Under the pieces are notes generated by a model. The model saw only the letters and a list, made by a program, of their open reading frames with translations. It was not told the DNA's origin and ran no database searches. A stretch of DNA of 64,000 bases from contig CAVZJV010000014.1 in assembly GCA_963775685.1 (NCBI GenBank), forward strand, positions 32,001-96,000. Direction: 5' to 3'. Source of the DNA: Candidatus Bathyarchaeota archaeon. Its GTDB lineage: Archaea > Thermoproteota > Bathyarchaeia > Bathyarchaeales > Bathycorpusculaceae. The position numbers and the translations under genes are program-made. The first letter of the stretch is position 1. The number at the start of each line of letters is the position of its first letter. Positions 9,633 to 19,151 of the stretch are shown here, piece after piece.

Positions 9633-10940
9633 TTATTTAGCTTTTCTGAAATAGTGGACGCCTCCATCGTTGATATTAAGCACTGGATCATAACCTTTTT
9701 GCAGTAGCATTCTGATTCTCGGTTTGTCATTGTCGTCGGCTTCTTGCACGTCAAATTCTTGATTGTTACCAAAGTAATCGACGCTTAATCTGGCGTATAA
9801 TCCGACGTAACTTAGCGACGTGTGGCCTAACAGGTATTGAACGCTGTCTGGGTTGCCTTTTTTGTGTCTTTCCTCGGTTGCTCGCCAGTATCGGCAGGTG
9901 TAAAAGTGTATTTTGCGAAGTTCTTGGTTGCCTGTCTTTGCGATTGCTCGTTTGCGCATTCTTCGGAATCCTTTTTCAGCATATTGATATTCTCCGTAGG
10001 AAAACACCAGTTTTCCCTTTCTTGGTAACTGCTGGAGCATGCTAATTAGATCGTCGCTTACTCTGATGGCGCGTGTATTGTTGCCTTTAGCTGGATGATT
10101 GATGGCTATTTTTTTGTTTGCGAAGTCTATGTCGTTCCATTCTATTCTAAGCGCTTCAACGGGTCTGGCAGCTGTATCTTTGAGGGTAAAGCAAAAGCAA
10201 GTCATCTGTTGGCTGAAGCTGTTAAACAGCTGTGCAAGATGCTCAGTTGGTGGTAAGTAAGGGTCTTTTCGTCGGGCACATTTGTATTTAGGCAGTTTAC
10301 AATCGATTTTGCGGTAGTTAAGAAAGCTTTGGTATGCTTTTGCTAAACAGTATTTGTGGGTTTCTGAGAAGCTGCTTAAGGCAAGGGTTTCTTTGAATGA
10401 TTCTGGATTAAAGAGGTTTACTCCATTTGTTGATAGCTGATTTAATGAATGCCGGTAACTTCTGATTGTTCCTTCTGCTTTATTTTCTTTCTTCAGGTGC
10501 CATAGGAAGTCAAGGATTGCGCCGTTTTGGTCCATCTCACTTTTCTGCGGAACTTTTACGATTTGTTGTTCCGCTTCCAAATTTTTCGTCTCCGTAACGC
10601 ATATTTGGCGAGTAAATACTTTGTCTTCGGCGCTTTTTAATGACTTCGTTTCAATCATTTCAACTGTTGCAACAGCTTTCTTAGCCTGCAATAGGTCGTT
10701 AGGGTCTGAAAATCGTAGGCCACATTCTCGGCAGAGCCACCGTTGGATTGATTCACCAAACATTAGGGAACGAGTGCCGTCTCGCCAGACTTTTTTTGAG
10801 CTGCATTGTGGGCATTGGGGGCAGGTGCCGGCAAAGGCTTGGGCAGACTCTGACTTACAAGATTTAGAAACAGCTTTAGTGTCAAATACGTATTCTTCTG
10901 TCGAGATGCCATGACTAGCCTGTCCTTGCCCATCAATCAA
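9633..10940 (-). CDS. Tyrosine recombinase/integrase with N-terminal Zn ribbon
   Basis: CPQC...LCRECGLRFSDP; TAARPVE, HFYTCRY, LLGH..SYVGLY. Confidence 0.9.
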   Translation of the reverse strand: MIDGQGQASHGISTEEYVFDTKAVSKSCKSESAQAFAGTCPQCPQCSSKKVWRDGTRSLMFGESIQRWLCRECGLRFSDPNDLLQAKKAVATVEMIETKSLKSAEDKVFTRQICVTETKNLEAEQQIVKVPQKSEMDQNGAILDFLWHLKKENKAEGTIRSYRHSLNQLSTNGVNLFNPESFKETLALSSFSETHKYCLAKAYQSFLNYRKIDCKLPKYKCARRKDPYLPPTEHLAQLFNSFSQQMTCFCFTLKDTAARPVEALRIEWNDIDFANKKIAINHPAKGNNTRAIRVSDDLISMLQQLPRKGKLVFSYGEYQYAEKGFRRMRKRAIAKTGNQELRKIHFYTCRYWRATEERHKKGNPDSVQYLLGHTSLSYVGLYARLSVDYFGNNQEFDVQEADDNDKPRIRMLLQKGYDPVLNINDGGVHYFRKAK

Positions 10941-11203
10941 TAGTGCGAAGCCCCCTTTTTGCGAGCTCCATACTTCATATCTGGGTTGTCAATTATCATG
11001 GGCTTAACTTGAACCAAAACAAACGGTTGTCCATCAAGAAAAGTGCCCTCAAACCGATAGCCTTCTTCTAGAAATATAAGGATCCAATCAAGATCAAGCT
11101 CCTCACCAGGAATAGCGATACAATCACCCAAGCCCTCAACGGGCAAAGCAGCGAATTTCTGCTTGAGATAATCAAATGAAATCATAGGCGGCGCCCTCCG
11201 CAC
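10937..11203 (-). CDS. Hypothetical protein coupled to the integrase
   Basis: Stop overlaps the integrase start. Confidence 0.55.
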   Translation of the reverse strand: MRRAPPMISFDYLKQKFAALPVEGLGDCIAIPGEELDLDWILIFLEEGYRFEGTFLDGQPFVLVQVKPMIIDNPDMKYGARKKGASHY

Positions 11204-11391
11204 TTACCTTCATAACTTAATGAACAAACGAGCAAACAAACAAGCCCAAGAGGTGAGGTGTTCTTGTTTAGGAAGCTTTTTGAATTGGGGAGAGGGGTTT
11301 CAAAAACTGTCAGAAGGCCTCTATCATGGTGCCTAAACTTGCGAACCTTTCTGAATGCAAAACTTAATGCAAGCTTTTTCCCCAAGAACAC
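11182..11391 (-). CDS. Hypothetical small protein
   Basis: GAGG just upstream of GTG, operon position; coding signal otherwise weak. Confidence 0.35.
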   Translation of the reverse strand: MFLGKKLALSFAFRKVRKFRHHDRGLLTVFETPLPNSKSFLNKNTSPLGLVCLLVCSLSYEGKCGGRRL

Positions 11392-11398
11392 TTGCCTC

Positions 11399-11554
11399 TT
11401 AGGTTGGTGAGGGTTGGTATTTTTCTGAGAGTCTTCGTAGTGCGTCTTTTAGGACGTCGGCTCTGCTTGAGTAGCCGTGGGTTCCGACTAGTGGGTCGAG
11501 TACTTCGTTGACTATGTTGCTGGGTAGTTTTATGGTGACGTATTCGTGTGTCAT
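11399..11554 (-). CDS. 51-aa RHH regulator (not in ORF track)
   Basis: MTHEYVTIKLPSNIVNEVLDPLVGTHGYSSRADVLKDALRRL; AGGTGA RBS; paralogue of the 11706 N-terminus. Confidence 0.85.
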   Translation of the reverse strand: MTHEYVTIKLPSNIVNEVLDPLVGTHGYSSRADVLKDALRRLSEKYQPSPT

Positions 11555-11705
11555 TTATTCACCTATTATTAATTGGTTCATATCGACTATATTGAATTTA
11601 AGGTTTTATTGTAGCCTATTAGTAATCTATGGCGTCTTGATATGTGATAAATTGCCAAAAATACTTAAACAAGCACGTTACTAATACATTACTAAAGGGT
11701 AAAAA

Positions 11706-12098
11706 TTGCCAAGAAAAATAGAAAAAGAACCAACCGAAGGCGACTACACAACCATAAAACTTCCAAACGACCTAGTCTGCTCCATGGACAAATTAATCGG
11801 CACCTACGGCTTTAAGAGCCGCGCAGAAATCGTAAAAGAAGCCCTCCGCGAACTATTAAACAAATACAAACCCCCCCTGCCACGCTATGACCACTTCAAC
11901 ATGGGAGTGCATGGCGTGCGAATCACCGATCGGCAGCTCCACCGAATAGCCGACATCCGCTTTAGGCCAGAGGGAATCTATTGCGAATTAGACGAGAGTG
12001 AGACCTGTGGACACATAGAATTTGCCTTAACGGTTCCGGAAATCAAAGAAATAATCCGCAACAAAAGAAAAGAAGGCTGGAAACTCCCAGACATCTAA
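11706..12098 (+). CDS. RHH/CopG regulator with C-terminal putative metal-binding domain
   Basis: YTTIKLPNDLV..MDKLIGTYGFKSRAEIVKEALR; CELD...CGH. Confidence 0.8.
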   Translation: MPRKIEKEPTEGDYTTIKLPNDLVCSMDKLIGTYGFKSRAEIVKEALRELLNKYKPPLPRYDHFNMGVHGVRITDRQLHRIADIRFRPEGIYCELDESETCGHIEFALTVPEIKEIIRNKRKEGWKLPDI

Positions 12099-12153
12099 GA
12101 TCTTATATAAACCCCTGACCTTTCGAAGTTTCATATTTTTTCAATTGGCAAAA

Positions 12154-12414
12154 TCATTGGTAGACGTTTTTCCTTGGACCTATAGCTATAGCATAGACAC
12201 CTTTGTCTTCCTCAGAAACGGTATATATTAATCGTAGTTTTCCAACACGCAGACTAAAGTTCTCTTTCAAGTCTCCGTGAAGCTTCTTTCCAGCATACGC
12301 ATCCTCTTCTAAACTAATCAAGCACGCTCGAACGTTTATTTTGTCTTTTCCCTCTAACTTTTTGTAGAAACGCTCAGTTTGCCTTGATAAAACAACCTTG
12401 TACTTAGGCTTCAA
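12154..12414 (-). CDS. relE: RelE/ParE family toxin (TTG start at 12414)
   Basis: YKVVLSRQTERFYKKL...KKLHGDLKENFSLRVGKLRLIY...IGPRKNVY. Confidence 0.85.
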   Translation of the reverse strand: MKPKYKVVLSRQTERFYKKLEGKDKINVRACLISLEEDAYAGKKLHGDLKENFSLRVGKLRLIYTVSEEDKGVYAIAIGPRKNVYQ

Positions 12415-12637
12415 CGTGCTCTTCCTTAAGAAGGGAACGCAAATCCTTGACTCTTCCAGCCTTAATGTCATCTTGACCTTGCTTGATAGCTTTCATCATT
12501 TCTGGATCACTTAAAACATCGATGGTTTCCATAAGTTCACTCATCAGCTTAGTAGCTTCATCTAGCTTTTGTTTGGTTTCAAAAAGAAGTTTACGGTCTT
12601 CTTCATCTAAATACGCAGTTTTAGCCATCAAACCCAC
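12404..12637 (-). CDS. Antitoxin of type II TA pair
   Basis: LMETIDVLSDPEMMKAIKQGQDDIKAGRV; overlaps the toxin start. Confidence 0.8.
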   Translation of the reverse strand: MGLMAKTAYLDEEDRKLLFETKQKLDEATKLMSELMETIDVLSDPEMMKAIKQGQDDIKAGRVKDLRSLLKEEHVEA

Positions 12638-12798
12638 CGAACTAGTGAAATAATATTGATGCAGATGGCACTAATAAATTTGAACATGCCATTACATAAT
12701 CAGACCAAACTTATGCTCCTTTAAGACAGGTAAACTTTTGTCTACAGCATCATTCCAATAAGCTTAACTATTTTCGCTCTTTTTGTGCATCCGCGTTT

Positions 12799-13233
12799 TT
12801 AATGAAGTTTGTTTTGTCGGATGTTTCCGTTAGCTGACGCAGGTCTTTGATTGTTGGATGCGGGATGAGGGTTTGGTGTAAAAATTATGGTTATGGTTAC
12901 GGTTACGTTTTCTTTGGCGTTCCAGTCGAAGTCTTTGTCGGTATAGGTTTTATCTTTTTTTTGGTAGGCTGTGTCCAGTCTTTTTACGAGACGTTTTAGC
13001 TCTCTTTTATCCTTATCTAAATAGAAGAGTTCAATGATTTCATCTCTTCTTTTCTTCTCTTGAAAGGGACAATTTGTAAGACGTGTAAATATGTATTCTT
13101 TAATTTCTGTGCATTCGTCACACAAACTAATTTCACTTTTATGGTGGTCTTTACAATATATGGTCACCATGTATGCTACCGATTTTTTCTCTCGGTCCAA
13201 CATTTTATTGTAGGTTGACCGTGGTTGCGTCAT
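12799..13233 (-). pseudogene. Chimeric ORF: YgbA (nitrous oxide-stimulated promoter family) N-terminus fused to an unrelated C-terminus
   Basis: REKKSVAYMVTIYCKDHH..LCDEC..RLTNCPF then a segment homologous to 22228-22283. Confidence 0.6.
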
Positions 13234-13243
13234 CGTAAGAGTC

Positions 13244-14143
13244 CTATTGAGTGATTGCTTTTTTGGTCTTGGATCTCAACTTGATTATTGCTATGCCCAG
13301 GATTGGAAGGGTTATCATCCAGAAATCAGTTAAATACAAAAAAGAACTGTACACTGGAACCCAAATTGAAACCAAATCATAAATAATAAAATAACTTCCA
13401 AACAAAATTAAGGCAGTACCAACTAAGCATTTGTTCATTTTTTTCTTTTGGTAAAAAGTATAGCAAGCGACCGCTGTCAGTATTCCTGCAACCAGCAGAG
13501 TTAACATGGCATTTGCAGCCCCCACTGTACTCATTAATGTAGCTTGTTTGGGTCCTAACGGTAAAAGCGCATCCAGCCACAAAAACAAATACTTCAACCA
13601 AAATCCAAAAACAAATAAAAGCGCAGCAATAGCTATCCATTTTAAAATTGAAGCATGCTTCTGGGGTTTTCTAAGATTATGACTGAGTATCAGAAAAGGC
13701 GGTACAATGAGCAGTGCTTGTAGCAGAAATGAAAGCCCAACGTACATATCAACGTAAGTCCATGAAAGAACGACCCCTAAAAGATGATGGATACCAGATG
13801 GAATTAGCAGGATAAAAAAAAGTGCCTCAAAAAGAAAAGCTTTGCCAAGTCTGTCACGATATTTTTCGTCATTTTTTGTGAATAGGACGATGGATTGAAT
13901 AGCAAATACGGAACCAATTAGCGCCAGAAAATAGCCAACTGAGGCGCCATACTCCTGGACAAGTAGAACTCCAAATTCCAGAGTGTCTCCCCCTCCAAAC
14001 AAAGTAGTGCCCGCTGCGAACCATGTATTGATATTGATTGTAAGATGGTAAATCCAAAATACGCTATATGCTGTCCAATAGATACTGTATGCCAAAAAAG
14101 AAATAGCAATAAGGAATAGAGAAGTCTTTAGATAAATTGGCAA
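13244..14143 (-). CDS. Multi-pass membrane protein
   Basis: ~8 TM segments; similar to 14873-15781. Confidence 0.75.
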   Translation of the reverse strand: MPIYLKTSLFLIAISFLAYSIYWTAYSVFWIYHLTININTWFAAGTTLFGGGDTLEFGVLLVQEYGASVGYFLALIGSVFAIQSIVLFTKNDEKYRDRLGKAFLFEALFFILLIPSGIHHLLGVVLSWTYVDMYVGLSFLLQALLIVPPFLILSHNLRKPQKHASILKWIAIAALLFVFGFWLKYLFLWLDALLPLGPKQATLMSTVGAANAMLTLLVAGILTAVACYTFYQKKKMNKCLVGTALILFGSYFIIYDLVSIWVPVYSSFLYLTDFWMITLPILGIAIIKLRSKTKKAITQ

Positions 14144-14872
14144 ATTTTTCTCAGAATTTATTTCTTATCAGCCTTCGAGGTAGATATCGTCATTTTCATC
14201 AAGCCAATAGGGTTATTTTTGTTTTGAGTGTTGCTCAGGAGATATATCTTTTTGTTACTTGAAAAAATGTCGGGCGATGAGGACCTTGACTCCAACATTT
14301 GTTTTAGCTCTTTTTCTATTAAGTACCCTGCTGAGTTTTGGACATTCATCGAGACTGGTTATCCAAGTCAATGGGAATCGCCTGAGATTTTTAGCAAAAA
14401 ATCAAGGAATACCCTATACGTTCTGCTATCTTAATAACTGTAACCTTGTTTTGCTTTTAGCACCAATATTTTTTGAAAGACTAGAATACCGCTAAATGCT
14501 ACTTTTTGTCGAATTATTTTTCTTTGATGAAACTGCAAGGATAATAACAGCAAAAATAAGTATCAAAAGAATAGAACCAAAAACGATAAGCGGGATTTTA
14601 AATGCGGGCTCAGAGTGCAAAACGGTAGTTGAAGGAGTCATAAACATGCCACCCAGGTAAGCTGCTAAGAAAATGCCCACGAAAACGGCGCCTACACCTT
14701 CAAGAGCAAATAGTAAGGTATGAGTTATCTTATTGGTCTGTTCCAGAGCAAACCCTCATCAAATAATAACAACTAGCTTAAATATTTAAAACTTTAATTC
14801 ACCTCAGGCGATACACCGAAAGTATAATATATCCAACTATCCGATTGTTTTTCAACCAACGGTTGCTTCTAT

Positions 14873-15781
14873 ATGGCAGATAATAAAACAATTACTCCGC
14901 TAAAAGTAGGCTTACTGATAGTTGTTGCCTCATATTTCTTATTCACTTTGCATGCGATGTTTACGCTTCAATGGTGGGGTGAATGGAACATCAGAGGATC
15001 ATTCAACTTTGGCGTATTCATAACGGATATATCGGCTCTCCCTGGGCTCATAGTCCGGTTAATAGGCAGCCTAATTGCTTTTGTCACTGTCTCTCTCGCT
15101 TTAACCAAAAAAACTCTGCCCCAATCCTTGGCCTACAAACTTCTCAAGATAGTTCTAGTCTTGGAAGCTTTCTACTGGATAAGCCTCTTGCCCTCAGGAA
15201 TATGGGGCATCTTGCCAACAGCACAAGGTTTTAGTACAAGCCTTTTAGTGTCGACAGGGCTACCCTGCCTTGTAGGATCTATAGGCATTCCTATTGCCTT
15301 GTTTGTGCTTGTTAGAAATCTGGGAGTAGACAAGCCTCAAAAGGGGGCAATCAAATGGTCGATGATTGCAGGCATATTCTACCTTTTGTCTTTCTGGCTC
15401 AACAATAGTGGTATGTGGACAGTTACGGTTATGCAAAAAGGGTTTGGATACGTCCTTGGTACACCTCAATACTTGCTAAGTTTTTCAGCTACTTTGTTTG
15501 GATTACTTGGCCTTGCAATTTACACAGTCTACTTTGCCAAGAAATCGTTAGAAACCATACAAGTGCATGATCTTCGTATTCGAGCAGTTGGCGCCATCGT
15601 TACCTCATTAGGTATTTACTTTTTATGGAATTATTTAACTTGGATTTTCTTTGGTGGCTGGAACCAATGGTACGCATGGATTCTTGGCCACAACTTGGAT
15701 TTATGGATGCTATCACTTCCGCTAGTTGGGTTACCCCTGCTCTTTGGGAGCAAACCCATTAAACAAACCGCTGAAACCTAA
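14873..15781 (+). CDS. Multi-pass membrane protein
   Basis: ~8 TM segments; shared LEA.(Y/F)...L(I/L)PSGI and D(L/F)WM..LP motifs with 13244-14143. Confidence 0.8.
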   Translation: MADNKTITPLKVGLLIVVASYFLFTLHAMFTLQWWGEWNIRGSFNFGVFITDISALPGLIVRLIGSLIAFVTVSLALTKKTLPQSLAYKLLKIVLVLEAFYWISLLPSGIWGILPTAQGFSTSLLVSTGLPCLVGSIGIPIALFVLVRNLGVDKPQKGAIKWSMIAGIFYLLSFWLNNSGMWTVTVMQKGFGYVLGTPQYLLSFSATLFGLLGLAIYTVYFAKKSLETIQVHDLRIRAVGAIVTSLGIYFLWNYLTWIFFGGWNQWYAWILGHNLDLWMLSLPLVGLPLLFGSKPIKQTAET

Positions 15782-16025
15782 GCAGACCATTAATGTTTTT
15801 TAACAAAACGTTGAGCTGGCCTATGAATTCTGAGCCGCCTTTATATTTTAGCGGTCTTGTTTTTCAAGCAGTGTTTTTGTGTTATTCTAGTTAGTTTGGA
15901 GCGTGCTCCGCTAATCTAACAGGATTTATCCATGGGTATTCATCATCTTTGCTGATTTAGCACAAGTCTTATATAATTATTGCAAGAGAATTGAAAACAT
16001 TGAACAGGTACAAATCTTTCAAAGT

Positions 16026-18665
16026 TTGTTTCTGTTCAATTATGACTTAATGGAGAAAAGAAAAATGCAAAATAAGAATAAAACTTTAGCTATTATGATT
16101 GCTTTACTTCTAACAATTTCGATGGCAACTACAATTGTACTAATACCAGAAACTAGCGCACATACGCCACCTTGGACTGTTCCAACATATGCATACATAA
16201 ATGTTGCACCTAACCCAATAGGCGTCGGACAGCAAGTATCCCTAAATGCTTGGCTTGACAAAGTACCACCAGGGGCAGTTGGCCAATGGGGTATGCGATG
16301 GGAGAACATGAAGATCGAAGTAACAAAGCCCGATGGAACAACTGAAACAAAAGGACCATATACTTCTGATCCTGTGGGAGGAGCTTGGGATTGGTATACA
16401 CCTACTCAACAGGGCACCTACAAGTTTGTGTTCAGTTTCCCAGGACAAGTAGCAGCGTCGAAAAATCCCTATCCTTATGGACCACAAGCAGGAACAGACT
16501 TCTACAATGACACTTACTTAGCAAGCACCAGCACACCGTTCTACCTAACTGTACAAGCTGACCCAATATCAACCGCTTATCCTGCCAATCCACTTCCAAC
16601 TGAGTACTGGACTCGTCCAATTAACTCAATGAACAGAGAATGGTCAACGATAGGCGGAAACTGGCTTGGACTTGCCTCAACACAATTTGGATACACTGGA
16701 ATGTACGCTAACACTGGAAACTTTGCTCCCTACACTACAGCACCCGACAGCGCTCACGTAGTATGGACAGAACCATATGCTTTCGGAGGACAAATTGGAG
16801 GCGAATCAGGCTCGCTTGACACAAGCATCTATAATACAGGAACTGCTTATGAAGCTAAATTTGGACCGGTAATTCTTAACGGCATACTTTATTACACTGA
16901 ATATCCAGGCGCTGCCAGTAATCCTACAGGCTTAAAAGCCTTAGACATACGCACTGGAGAAACCTTATGGGAAAAAGACATGACAAGTAATTGGCAAACA
17001 CTGAAATGTGGTATGATATACAACTTCATAACTGGTGACCAATACGGCGCACATGCCTACCTATTTACAGCAACAACAGCCCAAGGGTTCGTTAATACAC
17101 AAGAACCATCACGCTGGTCTATGTATGACGCTATGACTGGAGACTGGATACTAGATATTGCAAACGCAACAGCCGGAACGCTAGTAGTAGGTGATAACGG
17201 GGAAATCTTGAGCTACCGTGTTGCAGGGGGTCAGTTAAGCCTATGGAACATGAGTAAATGCATCGCAGTCGGATCGGGAAAGAATCTGACTTTTGCAAAC
17301 TATAGTCCTGCAGAAATCTGGAGACCCCCACAAGGAGCCACCATTAACTGGAATGACGGGTACGAATGGACAACGCCTATAGCAACAAACATAAGTGGAG
17401 TACCTATTAGTCCCTCTCTTGCTATTTCAGCTGTTTCTGATGGCGTAGTGCTTACAATTGGACAAGACACATCAACTCCTGGAAGATTCCAAACCGGATA
17501 TACTATATACGCAGGCTACAGTGCAGTTGACGGGCATCCAATTTTCGGTCCGAATAATTTAACACTTCCTGCATTCACTGGGACAGTATTGCGTTCTGGA
17601 GAAGGAGTTTACGCAGAATACAACAGGAACCTGATGTCATGGACCGGCTACGATATTCATACAGGCCTAAAGCTTTGGGGTCCGACTCAGTCTGCTAATA
17701 GCAGCTGGGCCTACTATGACTTCACTGCTCCAAGCATTATCGGCTATGGCAACCTATATAGTTGGGGCTTAGCTGGAGAAGTTTACTGCTATGACGTTAA
17801 AACAGGGGATCTAAAATGGTCTTACAACACGGGAAGTTCAGGTGTTGACAGTCCTTTTGGCTCATGGCCTTTAGGAACTTGGTGGCAACATCATATCTTA
17901 GCTGATGGCAAGCTTTATGTCCGCGCAGGTCACGACTACACGCCGCCAGTATTCAAAGGCGCAAAATTATACTGCTTGAATGCTACTACAGGTGAAGAAA
18001 TCTGGAGTTCTTTGAACTTTGGTGTTGTCGGAGGAGTTGCGGTTGCTGACGGCTACATGATTTGGCCAAATGGCTATGACAACCAACTGTATTGTTACGG
18101 ACAAGGACCAACCAAGCTTACTGTTACAGCACCGGCAGTCGGCGTTACAACCTCTGCTCCCATAACAATTAGCGGCACAATAACTGACATTTCTGCAGGC
18201 GCAAAGCAGCAAGCAGTAGCCGCAAACTTCCCCAATGGACTTCCATGTATATCTGACGACAGCATGAGCTCATTTATGGAAGCAGTCTACCAGCAACAGC
18301 AAATGCCACTTGATGCAAGCGGTGTTCCAATTTCCTTAAATGTTGTTGACGCAAACGGTAACTACAGAACAATTGGAACTGCAATAAGCAACATCTATGG
18401 AACCTACAGCTACACATGGACACCTGACATCTCAGGAGACTACACAGTAATCGCAAACTTCGCAGGCACGAACTCATATTATCCATCAACAGCCTCGACA
18501 GCATTCACTGCAAGCGAGCTATCTCAAACAACTGCGCCAACAGTTGCAACTCAATCAAACCTTGCAACCACAACAGATGTTATGATGTACATAGCCATCG
18601 CAGCAGTTGGAATAATCATCGCAATCGCCATAGTGGGTATTCTGATGCTTAGAAAGCGACCATAA
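16026..18665 (+). CDS. PQQ-like (BamB-type) beta-propeller surface protein; start probably 16065
   Basis: Signal peptide plus AHTPPW, repeated YCYDVKTGDLKW/LNATTGEEIW blades, Ig-like C-domain, TM plus RKRP. Confidence 0.85.
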   Translation: MFLFNYDLMEKRKMQNKNKTLAIMIALLLTISMATTIVLIPETSAHTPPWTVPTYAYINVAPNPIGVGQQVSLNAWLDKVPPGAVGQWGMRWENMKIEVTKPDGTTETKGPYTSDPVGGAWDWYTPTQQGTYKFVFSFPGQVAASKNPYPYGPQAGTDFYNDTYLASTSTPFYLTVQADPISTAYPANPLPTEYWTRPINSMNREWSTIGGNWLGLASTQFGYTGMYANTGNFAPYTTAPDSAHVVWTEPYAFGGQIGGESGSLDTSIYNTGTAYEAKFGPVILNGILYYTEYPGAASNPTGLKALDIRTGETLWEKDMTSNWQTLKCGMIYNFITGDQYGAHAYLFTATTAQGFVNTQEPSRWSMYDAMTGDWILDIANATAGTLVVGDNGEILSYRVAGGQLSLWNMSKCIAVGSGKNLTFANYSPAEIWRPPQGATINWNDGYEWTTPIATNISGVPISPSLAISAVSDGVVLTIGQDTSTPGRFQTGYTIYAGYSAVDGHPIFGPNNLTLPAFTGTVLRSGEGVYAEYNRNLMSWTGYDIHTGLKLWGPTQSANSSWAYYDFTAPSIIGYGNLYSWGLAGEVYCYDVKTGDLKWSYNTGSSGVDSPFGSWPLGTWWQHHILADGKLYVRAGHDYTPPVFKGAKLYCLNATTGEEIWSSLNFGVVGGVAVADGYMIWPNGYDNQLYCYGQGPTKLTVTAPAVGVTTSAPITISGTITDISAGAKQQAVAANFPNGLPCISDDSMSSFMEAVYQQQQMPLDASGVPISLNVVDANGNYRTIGTAISNIYGTYSYTWTPDISGDYTVIANFAGTNSYYPSTASTAFTASELSQTTAPTVATQSNLATTTDVMMYIAIAAVGIIIAIAIVGILMLRKRP

Positions 18666-18731
18666 AAAAGCCAAACAAACAAAAACTATCTTTCCCCTTT
18701 TTTAGTTACGAAAAAAATAGAAGAAAAATGG

Positions 18732-18821
18732 GCTGAGAAGGCTCTGAATAAAATCAAAGATGAAATATTCCCAATTATGTTGTGTTCTTTTCTCCCCTTG
18801 TCCCAGAAGCCTCAGCAAACC
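18732..18821 (+). repeat. Conserved stem-forming non-coding element downstream of the propeller gene
   Basis: GCTGAGAAGGCTCTG...CAGAAGCCTCAGC inverted arms; homologue at 40979-41072. Confidence 0.55.
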
Positions 18822-19091
18822 GTTCGAACAATATGAAAGAAGTAGTCAAGCAAAAAAGAAAAAGAATTGTAAGAAAACAAAGCAAGAAAATCGATTGAGG
18901 AAAAATCAAAAAACACTTGACCACAAAAGATGTCTATGACCGTTTTCTTTTTGGCTTGAGAGGCAGTTCAACCCAAAAAGCGACACTTCATTGTTCATGC
19001 TTGATTAAATCTATCATGCATCAGACACAACGATTTTTTCGATAAGGCCTTTAGTAGAAAACTATTTAAATTATCCAAAAAAACTATAACT

Positions 19092-19130
19092 AGTCGTGAA
19101 TAGCACTTTTAAGGCGCACTTTTCACGACT
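19092..19130. promoter_or_regulatory. 9-bp inverted repeat in the 5' leader
   Basis: AGTCGTGAA-N21-TTCACGACT between TATTTAAA and the AGGAGA RBS. Confidence 0.45.
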
Positions 19131-19151
19131 TAAATTCTTAGGAGAATAAAA

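Noticed and set aside
9407-9772. 121-aa ORF spanning the tRNA (likewise 62925-63152)
   Set aside because: Overlaps a tRNA gene; shadow ORF
9633-10940. SSV1-type split integrase
   Set aside because: The att repeat lies outside both integrase coding sequences
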